NCBI RefSeq assembly: GCF_009914755.1
Contig: NC_060932.1
Direction: 5' to 3' (one strand)
DNA length: 64,000 nt
Origin: the human T2T-CHM13v2.0 reference genome, Homo sapiens
Part shown: in pieces, positions 38,667 to 51,200 of the stretch
Layout: the number at the start of each line of letters is the position of its first letter
Numbering within the stretch: position 1 is the first letter of the stretch
Translations under genes and position numbers: made by a program
Notes under the pieces: generated by a model
Database searches by the model: none
Seen by the model: the letters and a program-made list of their open reading frames with translations, nothing else
What the model was told of the DNA's origin: nothing

Positions 38667-39180
38667 TGTTGCGAACAGGTCCCTAAATCTGGCCATAAAC
38701 TGGCCCCAAAACTGGCCATAAACAAAACCTCTGCAGCACTGTGACATGTTCATGATGGCCATGATGCCCACGCTGAAGGTTGTTGGTTTATTGGAACGAG
38801 GGCAAGGAACACCTGGCCCACCCATGGCGGGCAGAAAACTGCTTAAACACATTCCTAAACCACATACAATAGCATGAGTGTTCTATGCCTTAAGGACATG
38901 TTCCTGCTGCAGAAAACTAGCCAAAGCCCATCCATTTGTTTCAGCCCATCCTTTTGTTTCTCCTAAGGAATACTTTTAGTTAATCCATACTCTATAGAAA
39001 AAAGCCTTCTTACTAGCTTGTTGTCAATAAATATTTGGGTAAATCTCTGTTTGTGGCTTCCAGCTCCAAAAGCTGTCAGGCCACTGATTTCCCACTCCAC
39101 ACTATATATTTCTGTGTGTGTGTCTTTAATTCTTCTAGCGCCACTGGGTTAGGGTCTCCATGACTGAGCTGGTATCATCA
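38667..39180 (+). repeat. 3' LTR (MER9)
   Basis: Direct repeat of 32156-32662, very roughly 10-13% diverged by eye. Confidence 0.92.
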
Positions 39181-41915
39181 AACCTAACACCTGCTCAGGC
39201 CTCGCTGCTTCTCCCTTCTGCCTGCCTTAATGTTCCCTTGAGTTTCTGCCTGCTGGCACAGGCCAGACTGTGGCCCTGCCATTGCCTGTGTAGGCCCCCT
39301 TGAGAGACACAGGCAACTTGGGCCACAGTCTGGAGCTCTAGCCACTCCATGGGTGGTACCCCGGAGCCTTTTGCCTATGGAGAGGTCTCCCTGGGTTGAC
39401 TCTCCACCTGCTCACCTCTGCCTGCCTCAAAGTCCTCCAGCACAGGCCTGCCTGCAGCCCTGCTGCCACCTGTGTGGGCCCACTGCAAGAGACACAGGTG
39501 CCCTGGGCCAAAGGCTGGGGCTCTGGCTCCAACCTGGGAGTTGCCCCAGGGGCTTCTGGAAAGGGAGAGGCATCCCTGGGACCACACAGCACCTGCTCAG
39601 GCCTCACCACTTCTCCCCTCTGCCTGCCTCAATGTCCCCCTGAGTTTCTGCCCACCTGCAGATGTCTACCTGTGGCCCCACTGCTGTGAGTGGGGTCCCA
39701 CCTGTGTCTCTACACAGGCACCCTGGGCCAGAGTCTCGAGTTCTAGTCTCCACAGGTGGGGCACCCTGAGGGCTCCTGGGAAGAGAGAGCCCTCCCTGGG
39801 AAGTCCCAGCATGCACCTAGTCCTCACTGCTTCTCTCCTCTGCCTGCCTTAATGCCCCATTGATCTTCTGCTCACCCATAGAAGCCCATGTGCAGCCCTG
39901 CCACTACCCATGGGAGCCCTCTGCAAGAGACACAAGCATCCTGGACCAAAGCCCAGAGCTCTAGCCCCCAACTGTGGGGCACCTCTGGAGCCTCTGGGAA
40001 GGAAGAGGCCTCCCTGGGACAACCCAGCCCCTGCTCAGGCTCCACTCACTGCTTCTCTTTGCTGCCTGTCTCAATGTTCCCCTGAGTTTCTATCCACCCA
40101 CAAAGGCTAGCATGCATCCCTGCCACTGCCCATGGAGGCCATCTGTGAGAGACATCGGCACCCTTGGCTGAAGCCCATGGCTCTACCCCAATCTTGGGGG
40201 CACCCAGGGTGCTTCTGGGAAGAAATAGTCATCCCTGGGAGAACTCAAAACCTGCTCAGGTCATGCCACTTTTCCCCTCTGCCTGAATCAATGTCCCCCT
40301 GAGTTCCTGCCCAACTGACAGGCCTTCTGGTGGCCCCACCACCACCCGTGGGGGCCCTCTGTGAAAAATAAAGGCACCCTGTACAGGAGCCTAGGGCCCT
40401 AGCCCCCACCTGGTGGAGGCCTCTGGGGTTTCTGGGAAGAAACAGGCCTCCTTGGGAGGACCCAGCACCCACTCAGGCCTCACCACTTCTCCCCTCTTTC
40501 TTTGTCAAAGTTCCCCTTAGTTTCTGTCCGCCCTCACAGACCCACCTGCAGCCCACTGCCAGCCATAGGGGCTCTCTGTGAGAGACACAGGAGCCCAGAT
40601 CCAGAGCCCAGGCCTCTATCCCCCACCTGGGGAATCCCTGTGGGATTCTGGGAAGGGAGAGACATCCCTGAGACGACCCAGCACCCTCTCAGGCCTCACC
40701 ACTTCTCCTCTCTGCCTGCCTGAACGTCATTTGGAGTTTCTTTCCACCTGCACTGGCCCACATGTGGCCCCATTGCTGCCCATGGGTGCCCTCTGGGAGA
40801 AACACAGTCACCCTGGGCCAGAGCCCAGGGCCCTGCCCACCCTCACAGGCCAGCCTGCAGCCCCGCTGCCACCCGTTGGGGCCCTCCATGAGAGACACAG
40901 AAACCTTGTGCCAGAGCCCAGAACCCTAGCCCCCACCTGAAGGGTACATCGGGACTTTTGAAAAGGGTGGGACATCCATAGGATGACCCGGCATCAGCTC
41001 ATGCCTCATCACTTCTCTGTGCCTGCCTCAATGTCCCTCTGAGGTTTGCACACCTGCTCAGGCTTCATTCCTTCTCCCCTCTGCCTGTCCCAATGTCCCC
41101 CTGAGTTTCTGCCTGCCCACTGAGATCCGCCTGCTGCCCCACTGTTGCCCATGTGGGCCCGCTGCAACATACAATGCACCCTGGGCCAAAGCCTGCGTCT
41201 CTAGCCCCACCCAGGGGGCGCTGGAGGGCTTCTGGGAAGAGAGAGCCCTCCCTGGGACAACCCAGCACTCAATCAAGGCTTGCCACTTCTCCCCTCTGCC
41301 TGCCTCAACTACCCCCTGAGTTTCTGCCAGCCCATGCACGCTTCCCTGTGGGCCAGAGGCCACCTGTAGGAGTCCTCTGTGAGATATACAGGAACCCAGT
41401 GTCAAAGAATGAAGCTCTGGTCTCCACCCAGACGGTCCTCCCAGGAGTTTTGGGAAAAGAGAGGCCTCCCTGGGATGACCCAGCTCCTGCTCTGGCCTCA
41501 TCGCTTCTTCCCTCTGCCTGCCTTAATGTCCTCCTAAGGTTCTGCCCTCCTGCATGGCCCACCAGTGGCCCCATCGCACACATGGGGGCCCTCCATGAGA
41601 GAAAAAGGCACCCTGGGCCAGAATCCAGGAGATTCTGGGAAGGGAGAAGCCCAACTGTGATGACCCAACACCTGCTCAGGCGATGCTGATTATCCCCTTT
41701 GCCTGCTTCAACATACCCCGAGTTTCTGCCCACATGCACAGGCCTCTTTATGGCCCTGCTGTTGCCTGGGGACCCTCCATGAGAGATGGAAGGGCCTAAA
41801 ACAGGGGCTCTAGCCACCACCCAAGGGGCTCCCTGGGGCCTTCTGGGAAGGGAGAGGCCTCCTGGGATAACCCAGCACCCGCTCAGACCTTGTCGCTTCT
41901 CCCCTCTGCCTGCCT
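39181..41915 (-). repeat. GSATX-like gamma satellite (continuation)
   Basis: Same C-rich monomer as 29565-32155, ending at ...cccctctgcctgcct. Confidence 0.85.
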
Positions 41916-44845
41916 GTTCTGTAAAATGTCCTTTTCTGCTAAATGTCTCTTCACAGATTCCACAAAAATAGTGTTTTCAACCTGCTGAATCAGAAGAAAG
42001 GTTTAACTCTAAGAGCTGAATCTACACATCACATAGCAGTTTCACAGATATTTTCTTTCTAGTTTTTATCATGAGATATTCAGTTTTTCATTATAGGTCT
42101 CAGTGGGCTCCAAAATGTCCTTTTGCAGATTCTACAAAAAGAGTGTTTCCAACCTGCAGAATCAAAAGAAAGGTTAAACTCTGACGTGAATGCGCACATC
42201 ACAAAGCAGTTTCAAAGGTAACTTCTTGTTTTTACCACAGGATGATTGGTTTTTCACTGTAAGCCCCAGTGTGCACTGAAATGTCTTTTCACATACTCTA
42301 CAAATGGAGTGGTTCCAACGTGTTGAATCAAAATAATGGTTTAACTCCATGAGCTAAATCCACACATCATAAAGGGGTTTTACAGTTAGCTTCATTATCA
42401 TTTTTAACATGGAATATTCAGTTTTTCCCTGTAGGCCTCAGGGGTTTCCACTAGGTCCCTTTGCAGATTCTACAAGAAAAGTTTCCAACCTGCTGAATCA
42501 AAAGAAAGGTTTAACTCTGTGAGCTGAATGTACACTTCACAAAGCTGTTTCACAGATAGATTCTTTGTAGTTTTATCATGGGATATTTTGTTTTCCACTA
42601 TAGGCCTCAGTGTGCTTTGAAATGTCTCCTCACAGTTGTATAAAAAGAGTGTTTCCAACCTGCTGAATCAAAAAAGTTTAACTCTGAGTTGAATCCACAC
42701 ATCACAAAGCAGTTTCACAGAGAGCTTCTTTGTAGTTTTTATCAAGGGATATGCAATTTTTCAGTATAGGACTCAGTGGGCTCCAAAATGTCCCTTTGCA
42801 AATTTTACAACCAGAGTGTTTCCAACCTGCTGAATCAAAAGTAAAGTTTAACTCTGTGAGCTAAAAGCACACATCACAAAGCAGCTTCACAGATAGCTTC
42901 TTTCTTGTTTTTATTGTGGAATATTCAGTTTTTCACTGTAGGCCTCAATGGGCTTTGAAATTTCTCCTTGCATATTCTGCAAAAAGTCTGTTTCCAACTT
43001 GGAGAATCAAAAGAAAGGTATAACTCGGTGAGTTGAACCCACATATCACAAAGCAGTTTCACAGATAGCATCTTTCTCATTTACATTTTGGCATATTCTG
43101 TTTTTTAATATAGCCCAAAGTGCACTCCAAAATGTTTCCTTGCAGATTCTACAAAAAGAGTGTCTCCAACCAGCTGCATCAAAAGAAAGGTTTAACTCTG
43201 TGAGCTTAATCCACAAATTACAATGCAGTTTCACAGATAACTTCTTTCTAGTTTTTATCACAGGATATTTGGTTTTTCAATTTAGCCCCCAGTGGGCGTG
43301 GAAATGTCCCTTCACAAATTTTACGAAAGGAGTTTTTCCAACCTGCCGAATCAAAAGAATTGTTTAACCTGTCAACTGAATGCACATATCACAAAGTGGT
43401 TTCACAGATAGTTTTTTCTATATTTTATCACAGGATATTCATTTTTTCCCTATAGGCCTGTGGGCTCCAAAATGACCCTTTGCAACTTCTACAAAAAGTG
43501 TGTTTTCAAATCACTGAATCAAAAGAAAGCATTAACACTGTGAGCTGAATCCACACATCACAAAGCAGTTTCACAGATGGCTTCTTTCTAGTTTTTATCA
43601 CAGGATATTCAGTTTTTCACTATAGGCCTCTGTGGGCTCTGAAATCTTCCATCATAGATTTCTACAAAAGGAGTGCTTCCAACCTGCTGAATCAAAAGAA
43701 GGTTTAACTGTGAGCTGAATGCATACATCACAAAACATTTTCACAGACAGTTTCTTTCTAGTTTTTATCATGAGATATTAAATTTTTCACTATAGGCCAC
43801 AGTGAGCTCTGAAATTTCCCTTCGCAGATTCTACAAAAAGAGTGTTTCCAACCTGCTGAATAAAAAGAAAAGTTTTTTGCTGGGAACTGAATGCAAACAT
43901 CACAAAGCAGTTTCACAGATATCTTCTTTCTAGTTTTTAATTGCAGGATTTTCAGTTTCTCTCTAGAGGCTTCAGTTCCTTCTGAAATGTCCCTTCACAG
44001 ATTCTACAAAAGCAGCGTTTCCAACCTGGTGAATCAAAAGAAAGGTTTAACTCTGCAAACTAAATCCACACAGCACAAAGCAGTTTCAAAGATAGCTTGT
44101 TTCTAGCTTATAATGCCAGATATTCCATTTTTTACTATAGGCCTCAATGGGCTCCGAAATGTCCCTTTGCAGATTCTACAAAAAGAGCGTTTTCAACCTG
44201 CTGATTAAAAAGAGAGGCTTAACTCTGTGAATGGAGTGTGAACATCACACATCAGTTTCATAGGCATCTTCGTTTTAATCATGGGATTTTCAGTATTTTA
44301 CTCCAGGCCACAGTTTGCTCCAAAATATACCTTTGCAGATTTTATAAAAACAAGTGTTACCTACCTGCTAAATCAAAAGAAAGGTTTAATTCTGTGAGTT
44401 GAATCCACACATCACAAGGCAGTTTCACGGGTAAATTCTATCTAGTTTTTGTCACGAGATATTTGGTTTTTCAGCATAGGCCACAGTGGGCTCTGAAATG
44501 TTTGTAGATACTACAAAAATTGTGTTTCCAACCTTCTGAATCAAAAGAAAGGTTCAACTCTGTGAGCTGAATTCACACATCTGAAAGCAGTTTCACAGAT
44601 AGCTTTTTCTAGTTTTTATCCAAGATTTCCAGTTTTTCAATACAGGCCTCAGTGGGCTCTGAAATGTCCCTTTGCAGATTCTACAAAGAGTGTTCACAAC
44701 ATGCTGAATCAAAAGAAAGGTTTAACTCTTTGAGCTGAATCCACACATCACAAAGCAGTTTCACAGATAACTTCTCTCTAGTTTTTATTGTGGGATATTC
44801 AGTTATTCACTACAGGCCTCAGTGGGCTCCAAAATATCCCTTCAC
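41916..44845 (-). repeat. Monomeric alpha satellite (~171 bp), old divergent layer
   Basis: aaatgtcccttcacagattctacaaaaagagtgtttccaacctgctgaatcaaaagaaaggtttaactctgtgagctgaat repeats every ~171 bp. This is the reverse complement of the conventional ALR orientation. Confidence 0.95.
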
Positions 44846-45283
44846 TTCAATGTCCCCCTGAGTTTCTTCCCAGCTGCACAGGACCACCTGTGGCCCCACC
44901 ACTGCCTGTGGGGGCCCTCTATGAGAGACTCAGGCACCCTGGGCCAAAGTCTGTGACCCTAGCACCAATCTTGTTGGCTCCCCAGAGGCTTCTGGGAAGG
45001 GGGAGTCTTCCCTCTGAGGATATAGCACCAACTCAGGCCTGGCTGCTTCTCCCTTTTGCCTGCCTCAATATCCCCCTGAGTTTCTGCCTCCCCTCACAGG
45101 CACATCTGCAGTCCCGTCATTGCTTGTGGAGGCCTTCCAGGAGGGATACAGTCACCCTGGGCTGGAGCCCGTGTCTCTAGACTTGACCTGGAAAGCTACC
45201 TGCGGCCTTCTGGGAAGGGAGAGGCCTCCCTGAGACAATCCACCACTTGCTCTGGCCTCATTGCTTCTCCCCTCTGCCCACCT
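44846..45283 (-). repeat. Two-monomer GSATX-like island inside alpha satellite
   Basis: 438 bp, about 2 x 219, running from tcaatgtccccctgag to cctctgcccacct. Confidence 0.9.
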
Positions 45284-48200
45284 CTTCTGAGTAATGGCCT
45301 TTTCTGGGAAATGTTTTTTGCAGATTTGACAAAAATAGGGTTCCAACCTGCTGAATCAAGAAGGTTTAACTCTATGAGCTGAATCCACACATAACAGAAC
45401 AGTTTCATAAATAACTTCTTTCAAGTTTTTATCACAGAATATCCAGTTTTTCACCATAAGCCTCAGTGGGCTCCAAAATGTGTCTTCGTAGATTCTACAA
45501 ATGATGTTTCCAAACTGCTGAATCAAAAGAAAGGTTTAACTCTGTGAGCTGAATGCACACATCACAGATAGCTTCTTTGCAGTTTTTATTGCAGGATATT
45601 TTGTTTTTCATCATGGGCATCCATGGGCATCAAAATGCACCCTCACAGTTGTACAAAAAGAGTGTTTCCAGCCTGCTGAATAAAAAGAAGGGTTTAACCC
45701 TGTGAGCTGAATCAACACATCACAAAGTAGTTTCACAGGTAGCTTCTTTCTAGTTTTTATCGTGAGATACTTGGTTTTCCATGATAGGCTTCAGTGGGCT
45801 ATGAAACTTTTCTTCACATTTTTTCTACAACAAGAGTGTTTGTAACCTGCTGACTCAAGAGGAAGGTTTAACTCTGTGAGCTCTAAGCACACATCACAAA
45901 GCAGTTTAACAGATAGCTTCTTCCTAGTTGTTATTAAGAAATATTTGGTGCTTCACTATAGGACTCAGTGGGTTTGGAAATGTCCTTTGCATATTCTACA
46001 GAAAGTGTGTCTTCATCCTAGAGAATCAAAAGAAAAGTAGAACTCTGTGTTTTGAATCCACATATCACAATGCATTTTTCCAGGTAGCTTCTTTCTAGTT
46101 TATATTGTGGCATATTCAGTTTTTCAATATTGCCCACATTGGGCTTTGAAATGTCTCTTTGCAGATTCCACAAAAGGAGTGCTTCCAACCTGCTGAATAA
46201 AAATAATAGTTTAGCTCTGTGAACTGAATGCACACATCACAAATTCCTTTCACAAATAGTGTCTTTCTGGTTTTTCTCCTGGGATATTCATTTTTTCCCT
46301 GTAGGTCTCAGTGGGTTCCAAAATGTCCCTTTGCAGCTTCTACAAAAAGTGTGTTTCCAACCTGCTGAATCAAAGAAAGGTTTACTTCTGTGAACTGAAT
46401 CCACACATCACAAAGCCGTTTCATAGATAGCATGTTTGTAGTTTTTATCACAGGATATTCAATTTTTCACTATAGGCTTCACTAAGCTCTGAAATGTCCC
46501 TTCACAGATTCTACAGAAAGAGTGTTGCCAACCTGCTGAATCAAAAGAAAGGTTTAAGTTCGTAAACTGAATGCCCATATCACAAAGCAGTTTCATGGAT
46601 AGCTTCTTTTTAGTTTATATCGTGGCATATTTGGTTTTTCAGTATAGGCTTTAGTGGGCTCTGAAGTGTCCCTTCACAGATTTCTACAAAAAGATTATTT
46701 CCAACCTGCTGAATAAAAAAAATGTTTAACTATAAACTGAATGGACACATCACAAAGAGGTAACAGAGAGCTTCTTTCTGTTTTTATCATGAGATATTCT
46801 GTTTCTCACTATAGGCCTCAGAGAGCACTGAAATGTCCCTTTGCAGATACTACAAAAAGCATGTTTCCAACCTGCTGAATCAAAAGAAAATTTAACTCAG
46901 AGAACTGAATGCAAACATCATAAAGCAGTTTCTCAGATAGCTTCTATCTAGTATTCATCGTGATATTTTCAGTTTTTTAATACAGGCCTCAGTTTACTCC
47001 AAAATGTCCCTTTGCAGATTCTACAAGAAGAGTGTTGACAACCTGCTGAATCCAAAAAAAAAGTTTTAACTCTGTGAGTTGAATCCACAAGTCACAAAGC
47101 AATTTCACAGATAGCTTCTTCCTAGTTTTACTGTGGGATATACCTTTTTCAGTATAGGTCTCAGTGAGCTCTGAAATGTCCCTTCACAGATTCTACAAAA
47201 AGCGTGTCTTCAACTTGCTGAATGAAAAAAAAATGGCTTAAATATATGAGCTGAATCCAAATATCACAATCCAGTTTCACAGATAGGTTTTTGGAGTTTT
47301 TATCATGAAATATTCAGTTTTTCACTATTGGCCTCAGGGCCTCTGAAATGCCCCTTCACAGATTCAAAAACAAGAAAAGTTCCAGCCTGCTGAATCAAAA
47401 TAATGGTTTAACTCTGTGAGCTGAAAGCACACATCACAAAGTAGTTTCACAGATAGCTTCTCTTTAGTTTTTATGGTGGGATATTTCATTTTTCACTATA
47501 GAACCCAGTGGGCTCTGAAGTGTCCCTTTGCAGTTTCTATGAAAATAGTGTTTCCAACTTGCTGAATCAAAATAAAAATTTAACTCTGTGAACTGACTCC
47601 GCAAATCACAAAACAGTTTCACAGATCACTTATTTCTGGTTTCTATCATGGGATATTCAGTTTTACACTATAGGCCTAAGTGGACTCTGAATTGTCTTTT
47701 TGCAGATTCTACAAAAACAGTGTTTCCAACTTGCTGAATAAAAAACAAGGTTTAACCTGTGAGGTGAATCCACAAGTCACAAAGCAGTTTCACAGATCAC
47801 TTATTTCTGGTTTCTATCATGGGATATTTGGTTTTTCACTATAGGCTTAATGGACTCTGAATTCTCTTCTTGCAGATTCTACAAAAAGAGTGTTTCCAGC
47901 CTGCTGAATAAAAGACAAGATTGAACTCTGTGAGGTGAATCCATACATCACAAAGCAGTTTCAAAGATGGCTTCTTTCTAGTTTTTATTGTTGAATATTC
48001 AGGTTTTCAGTATAGGCCTCAGTAGGCTCTAAAATGTCCCTTCACAGATTCTACAAAAAGAGTGTTTCCCACCTGCTGAATCTAAAGAATGATTAAGCTC
48101 TGTAAACTGAATGCAAGCATGACAAAGCCATTTCACAGAGAGCTTCTTTCTAGTTTTTATCTCGGGATTTTTGGTTTTTCACTATAGGCCTCAGTTTACT

Positions 48201-51200
48201 CAAAACTGTCATTTGCAGATTCTACAGAAAGAGTGTTTCACACTTGCTGAATTAAAAGAAAGGTTTAATCTGTGAGCTGAATCAACTCATCTCAAAGCAA
48301 TTTCACAGATAGCTTCTTTCTAGTTTTTTGTTTGGCAGAATATTCAGTTTTTCACTATGGTCCTCTGTGGGTTCTGAAATGTCCCATCATGGAGTCTACA
48401 AAAAAAGTGTTTCCACCTGCTGAATCAAATGAAAGGTTTATCTCTGTGAGCTGAATGTTCACATCAGAAATCAGTTTTGCAGATAGCTTCTTTGTAGTTT
48501 TTATCACGGGATATTTAGTTTTTCACTGTAGGCCTCAATGGGCTATGAAATGTCTTTTCGCATATTCAACAAAAGGAGTGTTTCCAAACTGCTGAATCAA
48601 AAGTGAGGTTTAACTCTGTGAGCTGAATCCACGCATCACAAAGCAATTTCAAAGATAGCTTCTTAATAGTTTTTATTGCAGGTATATTTTTTTCACTCTA
48701 GACTTCAGTGGGCTCTGAAATGTCCCTTCAGTGATTGTATAAAAAGAGTGCTACCAACCTGCTGAATCAAAAGAAAGGTTTAATTTTGTTAGCTGAATCC
48801 ACACAAAACAAAGCAATTTCAGAGATAGCATTTTTCTTGTTCTTTCTTTGCAAAATATTCAATTTTTTAGTATAGGCCTCCGTGGGCTCCAAAATGTCCC
48901 ATTGAAGGTCCTACAAAAAGAGTGTTTCCAACCTGCTGATTCAAAAGAAATGTTTAACTTTGTGAGCTGAGTCGCCACATCACAAAGCAGTTTCACAGTT
49001 AGCATTTTTGTAGTTTTATCTAAGGATATTTTTTTTTTCACTGCAGGCCAAAATGGGCTTTGAAATGTCCCTTCTCATATTCTACAAAAAAAAAAAGTCT
49101 TTCCAAACTACCGAATTTAAAGAAACGTTTAACTCTCTGAGTTGAACACATACATCACAAAGCAGGTTGACAGATAACTTCTTAATAGTTTTTATCACAG
49201 GATATTCGATTTTTCACTATAGGCCTAAGTGGGCTCCAAAATCTTTTATAGCAGATTGTGCAAAAAGAGTGTGTACAACCTGCTAAATAAAAAGAAAGTT
49301 TAGCTCTGTGAGCTGAATCCACACATCACAAAACAGGTTGACAGGTAGCTTCTTAATAGTTTTTATTGTGGGATATTCCATTTTTTACTATAGAACACAG
49401 TGGGCTCTGAAATGTCCCTTTGCATATTATATAAAAAAGGGCTTCCAACCTGCTGAATGAAAAGTTTAACTCTGTGAACTTAATCCACTAATCACAAAGC
49501 AGTTTCATAGATTGCTTATTTCTGGTTTCTATCATGGGATATTCAGTTTCTCGCTCTAGGTCTCAGTGGACTCTGAAATTTCTTTTTGCAGATTCTTAAA
49601 AAAATAGTGTTTCCAACCTGCTGAATAAAAAACAAGGTTTAACTCTGTGAGGTGAATTCACATATCAAAAGCAGTTTTACAGATAACGTCTTTCTGTTTT
49701 TATTGTGGGATATTCAGGTTTTCTGTATAGGCCTCGGTGGGCTCTGAAATGTCCTATCACAGATTCTTCAAAAAGAGTGGTTTAACTCTGTAAACTGAAT
49801 GAAAACACCAAAAAGCAGTTTCACAGAGAGCTTCTTTCTAGGTTTTATCAAGGAATTTTTGTTTTTTTCAGTATAGGCCTCAGTTTGCTTTGAACTGTTG
49901 TTTGCAGATACTACTAATACAGTGTTTCCAATGTGCTGAATCAAAGGAAAGATTTAATTCTGTGAGCTGAATCTACACATCTGAAAGCAGTTTCACAGAT
50001 AGCTTCTTTCTTGTTTTTTGTTTTACAGCATATTCTGTTTTTCACCATACACCTCTGTAGGTTCTGAAATGTCCCATTGCAGATTCTCCATAAAAAGTGT
50101 TTCCAACCTGCTGAATCAAAGGACAGGTTTGACTCCATGAGCTGAATGTTCATACCACAAACCAATTTCACAGAGAGTTTCTTTGTAGTTTTTATTGTGG
50201 GGTATTTTGTTTTTCACTGTAGGCCTTAATGGGTTATGAAATTTCTCTCTGCATATTCTACAAAAAGAGTGTTTTGAAACTGCTGAATGAAATGGAAGGT
50301 TTAACACTGTGAGCTGAATCCATGCCTCACAAAGCAGTTTCACAGATAGATTCTTAATTGTTTTTTATTATGGGAAATTCCATTGTTTACTGTAGGCTTC
50401 AACGGGCTCTGAAGCGTCCCTTTGCAGAGTTTACAAAAGAGTGTTTTCAATCTGCTGAATCAAAAGAAAAGTTTATCTCTGTGAGATGAATCCAAACATC
50501 ACCAAGCAGTTTCACAGATAGCTTCTTTCTAGTTTTTATCTTGTGATATTCAGTTTTTCACTTTTGGCCTTAGCGCAGTCTAAAATGTCCCTTCACAGAT
50601 TGTAAAAAAATAATATTTCCACTCTGTGAAATCAAAAGAATAGTTTAACATTTGTGCTGAAAGCAGTTTCATAGATAGCTTAATTCTAGTTTTTATTGTG
50701 GGATATTCATATTTTTACTATTGGCCTCAGTGTGCTCTGAAATGTACCCTCACAGATTTTACAAAAAGACTGCTTACAATCTGCTGAATCAAAAGAAAGA
50801 TGTAACTCTGTGAACCTAATGCACACTTCAAAAAGCACTTTCACAAATAGATTTTTTCTAGTATATATCAAGGGACATTTGGTTTTTCACTGTATGTCTC
50901 ATTTGGATCCAAAATATCCCATCTTCAAATCTGCCAGAAAAGTGTTTCCCACCTCCTGAATTAATAGAAAGGTTTAACTCTGTGAGCTGAATCCACAGAT
51001 CACAAGGCAGTTTCACAGGGAGCTTCTTTCTAGTTTTTATCACACGATATTCGATGTTTCACTATAGACCTCAGTGGGCTCCGAAATATTCCTTTGCTGA
51101 TTCTGCAAAAAAGGGTTTTCAACCTGCAGAACCAAAATAAACATTTAACCCTGTTAGCTGAATGCACACATCACAAAGCAGTTTAACAGATAGCTTCTTT

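Larger units (their letters stand above)
32156..39180 (+). mobile_element. HERV-K(HML-3) / HERVK9 provirus with MER9 LTRs, defective
   Basis: Two ~510-bp LTRs, a tRNA-Lys-type PBS, then gag, dUTPase-pro, pol, a short env and a PPT. Satellite register is continuous across it (ggaggacgcag|provirus|aacctaacacctgctcagg). The TSD is degenerate. Confidence 0.93.

Noticed and set aside
18148-39180. Replication-competent provirus
   Set aside because: Both elements have stops, frameshifts and deletions in gag, pro, pol and env.
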